The position numbers and the translations under genes were made by a program. This document shows positions 19,423 through 30,222 of a DNA stretch of 64,000 nt, piece by piece. Positions within the stretch are counted from its first letter, which is position 1, and each line of letters starts with the position of its first letter. A model generated the notes under the pieces. It was not told the DNA's origin, ran no database searches, and saw only the letters and a list, made by a program, of their open reading frames with translations. Origin of the DNA: Nitrospira sp. (GTDB taxonomy: Bacteria; Nitrospirota; Nitrospiria; Nitrospirales; Nitrospiraceae); contig AP038806.1 of assembly GCA_047150005.1 (NCBI GenBank), positions 1,504,001-1,568,000 of the forward strand, in the 5' to 3' direction.

Positions 19423-20388
19423 GTGAACGGTGTAAGTCATGAGAGCCGAAAACTGACCGTGGAATCCAGGAAAGGGAGCGCAAGCCGCAATCTGATCCTG
19501 CTGGGGGCGCTCGCTGTGAGCCTGGTCTTGACCCCGTACGGCTTTGCCGACGAGGGGACCAAGCCGGGTGCGTCGACACAAATGAAGGTCAACGGGGTGG
19601 TCGAGAAGGTGAAAGGCACCCATGTTGTCATCAAGACTTCCTGGGGCCAGATGACCGTCGCAGCTCCGGTTCTTCCCAAGGGCCTCGAGCCAGGGGAAGA
19701 GGTCGAAATGTGGGTCAACGAGAATAATGCCGTGATCGATGTGCATCGGAAAGGTGACCCGAGCCATGCTCACAAGTTTGTGACCGGGGCTCTGGCCTAC
19801 ACGTCGGCGGACAAAACGGAGATCAAGCTACAGACACAGGAAGGGGAAAAGACCTACGACGTGCAGACCGGCAAGTCGAAGCTCTCCGCCATTACGGAAG
19901 GGACGCCGGTGACCATCGAGGTCAATGAAGCCGGGAAAGTGATCGATGTCCACCGGTTCACCGTCGAAATGCACTTCAATAAACAGCCGCGCACCAAGCC
20001 CGGCTACAACATCAAGGCGCATGGAGTGGTGGAGAAGATCCAGCCCGGCATCATCGTCGTCAAGGCGCCCGCGGCGACCTATCGACTGAACGCGAAATCG
20101 GCGCCGTCCGGCATCAAGGTCGGGGACGAAATCTCATTGTGGATCAACGAAGAGGGAATGGTCGTCGACCATCACATGAAGGGCCATGCTCAGCCGCACC
20201 GGCTGATCTCCGGCAAGTTGATCTATGTGGGAAAAACCAAGAAAGAGATCAAGCTCTGGACGCCCGATGGTGAAAAGGTGTTTCCGCTCGAGAGGCTCGA
20301 AGTCAAAGCCAAGCCGATCAAGGAAGGGTCCACCGTCACCGTCGAACTGAACGAGGAAGGGACCGTCGTCAACCTCTGGAAGTCCTGA
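19423..20388 (+). CDS. Exported protein with four OB-fold-like repeats
   Basis: Signal peptide; four ~60-70 aa units ending (V/I/L)NE.x..V(I/V)(D/N). Confidence 0.75.
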   Translation: MNGVSHESRKLTVESRKGSASRNLILLGALAVSLVLTPYGFADEGTKPGASTQMKVNGVVEKVKGTHVVIKTSWGQMTVAAPVLPKGLEPGEEVEMWVNENNAVIDVHRKGDPSHAHKFVTGALAYTSADKTEIKLQTQEGEKTYDVQTGKSKLSAITEGTPVTIEVNEAGKVIDVHRFTVEMHFNKQPRTKPGYNIKAHGVVEKIQPGIIVVKAPAATYRLNAKSAPSGIKVGDEISLWINEEGMVVDHHMKGHAQPHRLISGKLIYVGKTKKEIKLWTPDGEKVFPLERLEVKAKPIKEGSTVTVELNEEGTVVNLWKS

Positions 20389-20658
20389 GCCAGTAATTCC
20401 TCGGGAATCCGCCCCATCACGGCCTGGCGCCGGCGCCAGGCCGTGGCTCAAGTCAAGATTGCTCCGATCAGGCGAATCACCCCATCGGCCGGTACGGGGC
20501 CACGGGCGGGCACCGGACGCCGGTCCCGGTTCTGACGGGGACAGACACCACGCGCTGACGCGGGGAAGGCTGTCAGTCCCCGGGCTCCGCGCAAATGTGA
20601 GCTGCTGAGCGACGCGCACATCGTTGGGTTTCGCCTCGTACCATTTTACGTAGGGAGC

Positions 20659-21723
20659 ATGTTCGTGAAACTCGCGAGTATTGGTGCCGCATGTTCAACC
20701 TGTGTTGAAACGCTGTCCTCGACAGGGCTTGGCAGCGAAAACGGTCGGACCTCTCATCCATTCCTGGGCTTCATCGATTCAGTATTTCGCGGGATTGGAC
20801 AGGTGATGCTGCAGAACAATAGTTATGCGGGCCTGATCTTTCTGGCCGGTATTTTTTACAACTCGATGCTGTTCGGCTGGGCGGTTCTGCTTGGAACGGC
20901 CGCGAGTACAGCGACCGCCGTGCTCCTTGGGGTCGATCGTGCTCACGTACGGGCCGGCCTGTTCGGTTTCAACGGTGCGCTCGTCGCTATCGCCCTCCTG
21001 TACTTTCTCGAACCGAGTATACTGGCCTGGGGCTATGTTGTTCTCGCCGCCGCCTGCACAACGGTCATCATGGCGGCTCTGTTCCATCTGTTGGGCACCT
21101 GGAAGATTCCCGCGCTCACGGCACCGTTCGTCCTCACAACACTGTGTTTCGTCTTGGCCACCGCACGGTTCGGCCGTCTGCATTCGACCGGCCTTCTACC
21201 GACCGCCGGGCTTCCGAAGGCAGCCACCGTTGAGGGCATCGTGACGGTTTCGACAGTCGTCGAGGGTCTCTTGACCGGTGTGGCGCAGGTCTTCTTCCAA
21301 GGCAACGCCATCACCGGCGTCTTCTTTGCCGTCGGACTCCTGATCAGTTCGCGAGGGGCTTGTGCCGCAGCCTTCCTGGGTTCATTCGTGGGATTGCTCG
21401 TCGCGTGGGGCATGGGGGCCGCCGAGCCGGCGATTCGCGCCGGGGCCTTCGGTTTTAACTCCGTCCTGACGGCGATTGCCCTTGGCAGTGGGTTTTTTGT
21501 ACTGAATGGAGCCTCAGCGGCATACGGAACACTGGCCGCGGTGACGACGGCGGTCGTGTTCGCGGCCATGTCGGCTGCATTGGAGCCTCTTGGGATGCCG
21601 GCACTGACGTCGCCTTTTGTGTTGGTCGTGTGGCTCTTCTTGTTGGCAAGTCCGCTTTTTCAGCGGTTTCAGACCGGACAAACGCTTGATGAAGTGGAGC
21701 GGCAACTGGACGAGACTGAATGA
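20659..21723 (+). CDS. Urea transporter (UT family)
   Basis: GIGQVMLQNN, GLFGFNG and repeated GVAQVFFQ/GAFGFN, LT.PF; start uncertain. Confidence 0.88.
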   Translation: MFVKLASIGAACSTCVETLSSTGLGSENGRTSHPFLGFIDSVFRGIGQVMLQNNSYAGLIFLAGIFYNSMLFGWAVLLGTAASTATAVLLGVDRAHVRAGLFGFNGALVAIALLYFLEPSILAWGYVVLAAACTTVIMAALFHLLGTWKIPALTAPFVLTTLCFVLATARFGRLHSTGLLPTAGLPKAATVEGIVTVSTVVEGLLTGVAQVFFQGNAITGVFFAVGLLISSRGACAAAFLGSFVGLLVAWGMGAAEPAIRAGAFGFNSVLTAIALGSGFFVLNGASAAYGTLAAVTTAVVFAAMSAALEPLGMPALTSPFVLVVWLFLLASPLFQRFQTGQTLDEVERQLDETE

Positions 21724-22002
21724 ATGCCGGTTGAGCTCACTCTATAGAGAAGTTGAACGGCATATGGCAATGGAATATCGCCAAGGTCTAGTACGACGGT
21801 AATGTAACCACTGGTTCGGACGTGAATGCAAGATGTCTTGTTGTGCGCTCGAGTTTCAGACTGGGTGTGGGCTAACGCCATGGGCATGATCGACGAAGTG
21901 GAGAAACCGACACATGTCCGGCAATGCTTCACGGCCGGGTACTGATGTGAAGGAGACCTCTGTGGCGATGCATTCGGTGACGGACAACGGAGGAGAGAAG
22001 GG

Positions 22003-22674
22003 ATGAAACGATTGATCGACGGCATTCATCGTTTTCAGTCCGGCGTCTTCGGCAGAAAGAAGGAGTTGTTCGAGCGACTCGCCAAGGGGCAAGAGCCGGA
22101 CGCGCTCTTTATCACCTGCTCGGATAGCCGAGTGAGCCCCACGCTTCTGACCCAGACGGTGCCGGGCGATCTGTTCATTCTGCGCAACGCCGGCAACCTG
22201 ATTCCACCCTATGGCCCGATTCACGGCGCCGAAGCTGCCGCGATCGAATATGCCATCGAGGCGTTGGCGGTCAAAGACATCATCATCTGCGGCCACACCT
22301 ATTGCGGCGCCATGAAGGCGGTGCTCGATCCGGCCTCGCTGGACAGTTTGCCGGCCACGAAGGGCTGGCTGACCTACGCCGAGGCCACGCGGCGGGTGAT
22401 GGCGACGCACTACAAGGACCTTCCGAAGGAGGAGCAGCTCGAAGTCTGTATCGAAGAGAACGTGCTTGTGCAGATCGAAAACCTTCGCACCCATCCGTCG
22501 GTGTTGGCGGCGATGAGCCGCGGCACCCTGCGGCTTCATGCCTGGATCTACGAGATCGAGAGCGGCAACGTGATGGCCTTCGACGACCAGGGCGGCCAGT
22601 ACCTCCCGGTTGCGGAGGCGGGACAGGGTATCGCGGAGCGCCCGGATCGGCTGTCACCGATCCATCAGATCTGA
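22003..22674 (+). CDS. Beta-class carbonic anhydrase
   Basis: CSDSR, RNAGN, GHTYCG zinc ligands. Confidence 0.93.
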   Translation: MKRLIDGIHRFQSGVFGRKKELFERLAKGQEPDALFITCSDSRVSPTLLTQTVPGDLFILRNAGNLIPPYGPIHGAEAAAIEYAIEALAVKDIIICGHTYCGAMKAVLDPASLDSLPATKGWLTYAEATRRVMATHYKDLPKEEQLEVCIEENVLVQIENLRTHPSVLAAMSRGTLRLHAWIYEIESGNVMAFDDQGGQYLPVAEAGQGIAERPDRLSPIHQI

Positions 22675-22742
22675 CCGAGATGTTCCTCTTGGCGTCACGA
22701 TAGTGGGAAAGCCCAGGAAACGAAAGGAACGGGTGATCGGTC

Positions 22743-24788
22743 ATGAGAACCCTTCTGAGTTCACGGCGTCGCGTCGCGGGTGTCACACTGGGGCTGCTCC
22801 TCTTGCTGGATCTCGGCCGGTCGATCTATGCGCGAGTGGGCTATAGTCAGCCCTTTGAAAACTGGCAACCGGACCCGACGGCCAATGCTGAACTCACCTG
22901 GCCGCCGGGAGCCGATGTACCCGCGGATATGCCGACCGGCAAGCGACTCTTTGCGCAGCGTTGCGCGGTCTGTCACGGCCCTGATGGTCGCGGCAACGGG
23001 CCGGCGGCCACGTCGTTGGTTCCCCGTCCTCGGGATTTCACCCGCGGCCAATTCAAATACAAGTCCACGCCGGCCGGTCAGCCGCCGAGTGATGCCGACC
23101 TGATCCGGACGATCTCGACCGGCCTCCGGGCCAGCGCGATGCCCTATTGGCAGGATATCCTGAGCGCGGAAGAGATTCGCGAAGTCGCAGGCCACGTCAA
23201 GAGCCTGTCGAACGCCTTTGCCGGTTCCCCTCCCACCACTCTGACCATCCCCCCGCGGGTCGCGCCTGACGCGGCCAGCATCGGCCGGGGAAGGGAATTG
23301 TTTAAGACGCAGGCCTGTATTGCGTGCCATGGTCCCGAGGGACGCGGCGGCGTTCGATTGGCCGATGCGAAAGGTCAACCGGTCATCTCCCGCGACCTCA
23401 CCGCGCCCTGGACCTTCCGGGGCGGGAGGGAGCCTGAGCAGATCTGGCTGCGGATCACCACCGGTCTTGCCCCCGGCCCCATGCCGTCGTTCGAAGACAA
23501 GACGACGCCGGGAGAGCGCTGGGATCTGGTGAACTATGTCCTGTCGCTGTCTCGGATTCCGCCCTGGGAACCGGGCGGGCAATTCGGCGGGCCCGGTCAG
23601 CTCGCCGATCCTATCAAGCGGGGCGACTATCTAGTTCATGCAGAAATGTGCGGACTCTGCCATACGCAGGCGACCAGGGGCGGCATCTATCGGGACGATT
23701 TTTATCTTGCGGGCGGACAACGGGTGGATGTCTGGCCGCACGGCGTCCTCGTGTCGCGCAACCTGACATCTGATCCTGACACGGGGCTGGGTCGCTGGAC
23801 GCCGGAACAGATTGTCGAGGCGATCCGGAACGGGAAGACGCCCGATCGACATCTGAACGTCTTCGACATGCCCTGGCATTTTTTGCATGCCCTCAAAGAC
23901 GACGATGCGCAGGCGATCGCCGGGTATCTCAAAACCCTGACGCCGGTCCGCAATGAAATTCCGCCGCCGCTCCGCTACGGAGTGCTGGAAACGGTCATCG
24001 GCAAGCTCACGCGTCCGCTCCCCGCGACCCTTCCCGAAACCATCACATTCCTGGATGGTAATTTCGGGCAATCCGCGTCCGAGCCGATCCGGCGCCATCT
24101 ACCCCAGCAGGTCCTGATCATGGCGCAATGGCTGGTGTTGGGCCTGGGCGTGGTGGCGTTCATCCTGGCCGGTCCGCGTGAACGGCGCTGGCCGCGTCGG
24201 CCCGTTGGATGGATATGGCTGGTTCTCGGGCTCGCGGGGATTGGAACAGTGGCGTTCCTCGTCCGAATCATCAATGACATGCCGGCTTCGTCCTTCATTC
24301 CGCCGGAGGTCATTGCCAAACCGGTCCTGGCGACAATCCATGAACCGGACCCGGCGGCGTTCCGGAGTCCCGAGCAAGGGGCGATGGTCATGCGAGGAAA
24401 GTATCTGTTTACGATCGCCTCCTGCGCCATGTGCCATCAGGGCAACGGAGAGGGGGCCAGAAAGACGAGTTGGGCGCCGGCCGGCACCAGGTGGTCGCGC
24501 AACATTTCCTCCCATCCGACGAACGGGATTGGCGCCTGGACCGATGCGGCCGTTGCCCGCGCGATTCGGAGCGGGGTCTCGGCGAACGGTCGAGCGCTCC
24601 ATTGGCAAGGGATGATCTGGGACTTTGCGTCGAATTGGGATGAGGAAGATGTCCGCTCTTTGATCGCGTACATACGAACGCTGCCTCCCGTTGACCGCAA
24701 GGTGCCGGACCCTCGGCCGCCGAGTGCGGAGGATTGTGAAAAGGCGACGATCTGGGTGGGAGAAAACGACCTACCCGGTTGTCGCTAG
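22743..24788 (+). CDS. Membrane-anchored tetraheme cytochrome c
   Basis: CAVCH, CIACH, CGLCH, CAMCH; N-terminal anchor; two hydrophobic helices before heme 4. Confidence 0.88.
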   Translation: MRTLLSSRRRVAGVTLGLLLLLDLGRSIYARVGYSQPFENWQPDPTANAELTWPPGADVPADMPTGKRLFAQRCAVCHGPDGRGNGPAATSLVPRPRDFTRGQFKYKSTPAGQPPSDADLIRTISTGLRASAMPYWQDILSAEEIREVAGHVKSLSNAFAGSPPTTLTIPPRVAPDAASIGRGRELFKTQACIACHGPEGRGGVRLADAKGQPVISRDLTAPWTFRGGREPEQIWLRITTGLAPGPMPSFEDKTTPGERWDLVNYVLSLSRIPPWEPGGQFGGPGQLADPIKRGDYLVHAEMCGLCHTQATRGGIYRDDFYLAGGQRVDVWPHGVLVSRNLTSDPDTGLGRWTPEQIVEAIRNGKTPDRHLNVFDMPWHFLHALKDDDAQAIAGYLKTLTPVRNEIPPPLRYGVLETVIGKLTRPLPATLPETITFLDGNFGQSASEPIRRHLPQQVLIMAQWLVLGLGVVAFILAGPRERRWPRRPVGWIWLVLGLAGIGTVAFLVRIINDMPASSFIPPEVIAKPVLATIHEPDPAAFRSPEQGAMVMRGKYLFTIASCAMCHQGNGEGARKTSWAPAGTRWSRNISSHPTNGIGAWTDAAVARAIRSGVSANGRALHWQGMIWDFASNWDEEDVRSLIAYIRTLPPVDRKVPDPRPPSAEDCEKATIWVGENDLPGCR

Positions 24789-24927
24789 GGTCTAGACAAG
24801 AACGCATGCGGACGGCGGATCACGAGGTCATCGAGCATCCGATCGGCATTTAGGCGACCGGGTAACGACAGCCGACCCCTCTCGCCCTCTTGAGCCGTCG
24901 CGGTCCGATGCGCCATACTGAGCGCGT

Positions 24928-27516
24928 ATGGACCGGAATTCTGCCTCCCCTTGCGAGACGCTCGCTGAACGGTACCAAGCCCTCCTGGAGGTGGCGGAGG
25001 CGATTTCCGCCCACCGCGATCTGCACGAGCTGTTCAGCGATCTCGCCCAACGCCTCCCCCGAGTGGTGGAGGTGAATTTCGTGGCCCTGTCGCTCCACGA
25101 TCCCGCGCGCGGCGTGATGCGACTCCAGACCATTCAAGCGAACGTGCCGGCCGACCTGGTGGGCGGCCACGAGGAGCCGGTCGAGGAAACTCCCGCCGGA
25201 GTCGTGTGGCGAACCCAGCAACCGATTCTCGTGTCGGATCTTTCCGAGGAGCGGCGTTGGCCGACGGTGACCAGACGGATGCAGGAGGACGGCGTCAATT
25301 CCTATTGTGTCGTTCCTCTGACCACGGCCGTCCGACGGTTGGGCGCCATGGGGTTCGCGAGCCTGCAGAAGGGCGCCTATGGCGAGGCGGACGCGGAATT
25401 TCTTCAGGAAGTCGGCAAGCAGGTGGCGGTTGCCGTGGACAACGTCCTCCATCATCAAGACCTCGCTCATGATCGCGACCGGTTGCGTCTCCTTCTGGAA
25501 GTCACGGAATCCATCGCGTCACACCACGACGCAGACCGCTTGCTCCACGACCTCGCGCAGCGGCTCCCCCGTGTCGTGCCCTTCGACTTCATCAACATTG
25601 GGCTCCACGATCCTGTCAAAGACGTCATGCGCCTGTGGCTGTTGGTCACCTCGATCCCGAGCACGATCCAGCCCGGCCTTGAAATACCCGTCGACGAGTC
25701 TCCCGGCGGCCTCGTGTGCAAGACACAGCAGCCCTTGATGGTGAGCGACGTCGCACAGGAGCGGCGCTTTTCCGCCCTGATGGCGAAGTTACGGGAAAAC
25801 GGCGTGCAGTCGTTCGGAGTCGTGCCCCTCACCACGGCGAATCAACGCCTGGGAGCCCTGGGATTCGGCAGCTTGGATCGTCGAACCTACGACGCTGCCG
25901 AGATCGATTTCATGCACCAAGTCGCGAAGCAAGTCGCCATCGCCGTCGAGAACGCCCTGAACTACGAACGCGCGCAGTCGTCTCAGGCTCAACTGGCCCG
26001 CGAGCGCGACCGCCAGCGTCTCCTGCTCGACGTGAACAATGCCGTGGTGGCGCATCTGGATCTGGACGACTTGTTCACCGCCGTCAGCACCTGCCTGCGG
26101 ACGGTCATCCGGCACGACGGCTCCAGTCTACTCCTGTGCGACGAAGCGACCGGCGAGTGGCGCATCCGGGTCTTGGATTTCGCGACCAACGAGAGTTTCA
26201 TCGAACGCGGACGCACGGACGAGGTGATCTGGACCCCCTGCTGCGCGGCGATCGAGACAGGAAAGCCGGCGGTGTTCCGCGAACAGGATCTGCGAGAGAA
26301 GGCGGGGACTTCGGAAATCACGCGCCGGCTGCTGGAGAAAGGCGTCAAGTCATTCTGCAGCGCTCCGCTGATGTCGCACAACCGCGCACTGGGCGCCTTG
26401 AACATCGGCCGGCAAAAGGACGACGGATTTACGCAGGAAGACGTCGACCTATTCGGCCAGGTGGCGCAGCAGGTCGCCATCGCCGTCGAGAACGCCTTGG
26501 CGTACAAGCAGATCGCTCAACTCAAGGACAAGCTGGCGGAAGAGAAGCTCTATCTGCAGGAAGAGATCCAGACCGAGTACAACTTCGAGGAGATCGTCGG
26601 TGAAAGCCCCGCCCTCAAACGCGTGCTGAAAGAGGTGAAGACCGTGGCCGCGACCGATTCCACGGTGCTGATTCTGGGTGAAACGGGAAGCGGAAAGGAA
26701 CTGATCGCCCGCGCCCTCCACAATCTCAGCGACAGGAAGGAGCGAACGTTCGTCAAGCTCAATTGCGCCGCGATCCCGACCGGGTTGTTGGAAAGCGAAT
26801 TGTTCGGCCATGAGAAAGGCGCGTTCACCGGCGCCATTGCGACGAAGCTCGGCCGCTTCGAGCTGGCCGACCGTGGAACTCTCTTCCTCGACGAGGTCGG
26901 CGAGATTCCCCTGGAGTTACAGGTGAAATTGCTCCGGGTGTTGCAGGAGCAGGAGTTCGAACGATTGGGGAGCACGCGAACCATTCGTGTCAATGTCCGT
27001 GTGGTCGCGGCCACGAACCGCGATCTGGCGCAACTCGTCGAAGAGCAGAAGTTCCGGAGCGATCTGTATTATCGACTGAAAGTCTTTCCGATCACCGTGC
27101 CGGCGCTCCGCGATCGGACCGAAGATATCCCCTTGTTGGTTCGGCACTTCGCCCAAAAGTTCGCGCAACGCATGAAAAAGCGCATCGAGACGATCCCCTC
27201 GGAAGCTATGAGAGCCCTGCAATCCTATCCCTGGCCGGGGAACGTCCGCGAACTGGAAAACTTTCTGGAGCGGGCGGTGATTCTGTCGTCCGGGTCCGAG
27301 CTGTTCGTGCAACTGTCGGAACTGAAACGCCCGATCGGCACAGTCAATGGGTCCGTCACGACGCTCGAGGAAGCGGAACGAGAGCACATTCTGAAAGCGC
27401 TGCGGGATTCAAGCTGGACCATCGGCGGTCCTTCGGGCGCCGCTGCCAAGCTCGGGATGAAACGGACGACACTCCAGTCCAAAATGCAGAAACTGGGCAT
27501 TGCCAGACCCGCCTGA
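24928..27516 (+). CDS. Sigma54-dependent activator, three GAF domains + AAA+ + HTH (FhlA-like)
   Basis: [30 protein letters not shown]-terminal Fis-type HTH; three repeated N-terminal units ending QVA.AV.N. Confidence 0.93.
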   Translation: MDRNSASPCETLAERYQALLEVAEAISAHRDLHELFSDLAQRLPRVVEVNFVALSLHDPARGVMRLQTIQANVPADLVGGHEEPVEETPAGVVWRTQQPILVSDLSEERRWPTVTRRMQEDGVNSYCVVPLTTAVRRLGAMGFASLQKGAYGEADAEFLQEVGKQVAVAVDNVLHHQDLAHDRDRLRLLLEVTESIASHHDADRLLHDLAQRLPRVVPFDFINIGLHDPVKDVMRLWLLVTSIPSTIQPGLEIPVDESPGGLVCKTQQPLMVSDVAQERRFSALMAKLRENGVQSFGVVPLTTANQRLGALGFGSLDRRTYDAAEIDFMHQVAKQVAIAVENALNYERAQSSQAQLARERDRQRLLLDVNNAVVAHLDLDDLFTAVSTCLRTVIRHDGSSLLLCDEATGEWRIRVLDFATNESFIERGRTDEVIWTPCCAAIETGKPAVFREQDLREKAGTSEITRRLLEKGVKSFCSAPLMSHNRALGALNIGRQKDDGFTQEDVDLFGQVAQQVAIAVENALAYKQIAQLKDKLAEEKLYLQEEIQTEYNFEEIVGESPALKRVLKEVKTVAATDSTVLILGETGSGKELIARALHNLSDRKERTFVKLNCAAIPTGLLESELFGHEKGAFTGAIATKLGRFELADRGTLFLDEVGEIPLELQVKLLRVLQEQEFERLGSTRTIRVNVRVVAATNRDLAQLVEEQKFRSDLYYRLKVFPITVPALRDRTEDIPLLVRHFAQKFAQRMKKRIETIPSEAMRALQSYPWPGNVRELENFLERAVILSSGSELFVQLSELKRPIGTVNGSVTTLEEAEREHILKALRDSSWTIGGPSGAAAKLGMKRTTLQSKMQKLGIARPA

Positions 27517-27550
27517 CTGGAACCAGTGTGACCGCCACACCCTCCCTGTC

Positions 27551-27708
27551 TGCCGAATCCTCGGCAGGTGCCGACATCTCGGCGTCGGCACCGCTCAGCC
27601 GAGCGTCATCGGTGGCGAACAGCTCTCTCGTTCCTGATCCCATCTGTCCATAGTTTCGATAAGTTAAGCCCATCCTTTCAGCCTGTGGATCTGTGGAATG
27701 ATCGTTGC
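27551..27708 (+). promoter_or_regulatory. Tandem palindromic enhancer plus sigma54 promoter (module 1)
   Basis: TGCCGA-N4-TCGGCA(27551-27566), TGCCGA-N4-TCGGCG(27569-27584); TGGAATGATCGTTGC(27694-27708). Confidence 0.75.
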
Positions 27709-27764
27709 CAAGACCGTGTTGGCAAGCCGATCCATCAACGGACGGCGTAAACACGGAGCGGCAG

Positions 27765-28721
27765 ATGAACGACTTTGTAGGATTCTTGATGGAACACGGC
27801 GCCATCGTCGTCTTTGTCGCCGTCCTCGCGGAACAGATCGGCTTACCGGTGCCTGCTGTGCCGTTTCTTGTCACGGCCGGCGCCTTGTCCGCTTCCGGGC
27901 ACGTGGATCTGGCCGTCGCCGCCGGCGCAGCCGTGCTCGCGTCGCTGGTGGGCGATCAGGTGTGGTTCGAATTGGGCCGGCGACGCGGCCGTCAGGTGCT
28001 GGGCTGGCTCTGCCGGATTGCGATCGAGCCGGCTTCATGCATCCGGCGGACAGAGCATGTTTTCAGCCGTCACGGCGTCAAGTCTCTGATCGTCGCGAAG
28101 TTCGTCCCCGGCTTGAGCACGATCGCCCCTCCCCTCGCCGGCATCGTGGGGTTGCGCCTCTCGCAGTTCCTGCTGTTCAACGGGGTCGGCACGGTCCTCT
28201 GGGTGGGGACAGGTTTGGGGCTGGGATACATGTTTACTGATCAGCTCGAACGGGCGTTGTCGGTGAGCGCCGGCCTCGGGCCCATCGTCGGGTTGTTCGC
28301 AGCGGTAGGAGCGATCGGTTATGTCGTCTTGAGGGTGCTCAATCGATATCGCGGCGGAGATCCGGTGCCACGAATCACCCCCCGTGCAGTGCGGGAGAAA
28401 CTCCGTGCGGGAGAGCAGCCGATCATCGTTGATTTGCGTCCACTGGGCGCCCGCCGAGAGAAGGTGGGGATCCCTGGGGCGTTGTCGTTGTCGGCCGAGG
28501 AGGTCGTCGCAGGGCATCACGACCTTCCTCGGGATCGAGATGTGATTCTCTACTGCGATTGCCCGGGCGACGCGGGAAGCATCGCGATCGCCCGCCTCCT
28601 CCGCGAGAAGGGTCTCACAGGAGTGTGGCCGCTGGCGGGCGGGATTGAGGCCTGGCGAGCCATGGAAGTCGAAGAACGTGAGATAGAACGCGAGTCGACC
28701 GGTCATCCCGTAGCGGCCTGA
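27765..28721 (+). CDS. DedA/VTT plus rhodanese fusion
   Basis: EQIGLPVP, AKFVPG, IPGA, LYCDCP, LAGGIEAW. Confidence 0.88.
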   Translation: MNDFVGFLMEHGAIVVFVAVLAEQIGLPVPAVPFLVTAGALSASGHVDLAVAAGAAVLASLVGDQVWFELGRRRGRQVLGWLCRIAIEPASCIRRTEHVFSRHGVKSLIVAKFVPGLSTIAPPLAGIVGLRLSQFLLFNGVGTVLWVGTGLGLGYMFTDQLERALSVSAGLGPIVGLFAAVGAIGYVVLRVLNRYRGGDPVPRITPRAVREKLRAGEQPIIVDLRPLGARREKVGIPGALSLSAEEVVAGHHDLPRDRDVILYCDCPGDAGSIAIARLLREKGLTGVWPLAGGIEAWRAMEVEEREIERESTGHPVAA

Positions 28722-28835
28722 CGCGAGCCCGCGTCACACCACGACGCGGCCCCCTTTCTCTTTGTATTCTTCGTCTGGTTGCAATTCCATTCCATGCAGG
28801 CGTCCGCATCGCGTCTGTCACCCGTGTCCCCTCCG

Positions 28836-28993
28836 CGCCGAGATGTCGGCATGCGCCGAGATGTCGGCAGATTTGCTTCGTCGCAGATCTCCCGTCTCCG
28901 TAATGTGGTGCTCCCTTCTCGATAAAAAATCCTCTTGTTGATCGGTAGTTAGCATCCCTCTGCCTGATTCGTCGTGAAGGGTACGGGCATTGC
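28836..28993 (+). promoter_or_regulatory. Tandem palindromic enhancer plus sigma54 promoter (module 2)
   Basis: CGCCGAGATGTCGGCA at 28836-28851 and 28854-28869; GGTACGGGCATTGC(28980-28993). Confidence 0.75.
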
Positions 28994-29064
28994 TGCATCA
29001 CACCGTCTGTAGGAAGGCCTGGTAGGTCCTATCTTTTCACCGGCAGGCATGTGGGAGGTCGCAC

Positions 29065-30183
29065 GTGAATCGTCATGGCTGGTTCGGATCATCGCTACTC
29101 CTTGTCCTGGTTGCGGCAACCGGGGTCGGGTTGGCCGGCTGGAAGTACGCGTCAATACAAGACCGTAACGAGGTTTCCGCGCGACAGCCCGAGCCGATGG
29201 AATCGGTGACGCTGGCCGTGGCGAGGGAGCTTGCACATCGTCAGTCTACGACGTCGATCGGAACGGTGTTGGCCCTGCGGTCGATCACCCTACGCAACGA
29301 GCTTCCCGGCACTGTTCAGGAAGTCCGGCTCGTTCCCGGTCAAGTGGTCGAGAAGGGGGTTGTGCTTGTCGCGCTCGATGTGTCCGTGGAAGAGGCGGAT
29401 TTGAAGGCGCAGCAGGCCCAGGCCGCTCTCGCGAAATCCGTGCTCGAGCGCCGGCAGCACTTGCGGCGGGATCTTGCGACTGCTCAGGAAGAAGTGGATC
29501 GGGCGCGCGCGGACCTCGATGTCGCATTGGCCCAGATCGCCCGTACCAAGGCTGTCATTGCCAGGAAGACGATCCGGGCGCCGTTTCGCGCGCGCGTGGG
29601 TTTGGCAGATGTCCATCCGGGCCAATACCTGAATGAAGGCAGCCGACTCACGACGCTCCAAGGCGTCGACGACGCGGTCCACGTGGACTTCACGGTCGTT
29701 CAGCAGGTCGCTTCGAGCCTGCGAGTGGGAGAACACGTCGAGGTCTTCGTCACGGCCGACGCATCTCCTATCGCCGCCACGATCGTCGCACTCGACGCGC
29801 GAATCGATCCTGAGACCAGAAATGAAATGGTGCGCGCGAAGATCGAGGGAGCTTCCCACGGGCCGGCGCCGGGAGCATCGGTGCGCGTGCGGGTTCCGGT
29901 CGGCTCTCCAAGCAAGGCCGTCGCCGTTCCGGTGAGTGCGCTGAGAAAGGGGCCGGGCGGCGATCAGGTGTTTGTGATCGCGCCGGACAAAGACGGAAAG
30001 CTCAGGGCTTCTGTGCGGCAGGTCGAGAGCGGAGCCATGGTGGGGGACGAGATCGTGGTGCGCAGTGGGCTGTCGGCCGGCGATCGAGTCGCCGCGTCCG
30101 GGTCCTTCAAGCTGCGTGACGGGGCCCTTGTCACGATCGCCGGAGATCACGAAGGTTCCAGCCCGCAAAATCAGGCCGGCTGA
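29065..30183 (+). CDS. RND efflux periplasmic adaptor
   Basis: N-terminal TM helix, lipoyl halves (G.V..V..G..V.KG; IRAPF), coiled hairpin. Confidence 0.9.
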   Translation: MNRHGWFGSSLLLVLVAATGVGLAGWKYASIQDRNEVSARQPEPMESVTLAVARELAHRQSTTSIGTVLALRSITLRNELPGTVQEVRLVPGQVVEKGVVLVALDVSVEEADLKAQQAQAALAKSVLERRQHLRRDLATAQEEVDRARADLDVALAQIARTKAVIARKTIRAPFRARVGLADVHPGQYLNEGSRLTTLQGVDDAVHVDFTVVQQVASSLRVGEHVEVFVTADASPIAATIVALDARIDPETRNEMVRAKIEGASHGPAPGASVRVRVPVGSPSKAVAVPVSALRKGPGGDQVFVIAPDKDGKLRASVRQVESGAMVGDEIVVRSGLSAGDRVAASGSFKLRDGALVTIAGDHEGSSPQNQAG

Positions 30184-30222
30184 GCAGAATACGAATACCA
30201 TGATGGACCAAGGATAACGCTC

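Noticed and set aside
21879..21944. Short ORF MGMIDEVEKPTHVRQCFTAGY before carbonic anhydrase
   Set aside because: No clear RBS or recognisable similarity; cannot be supported.
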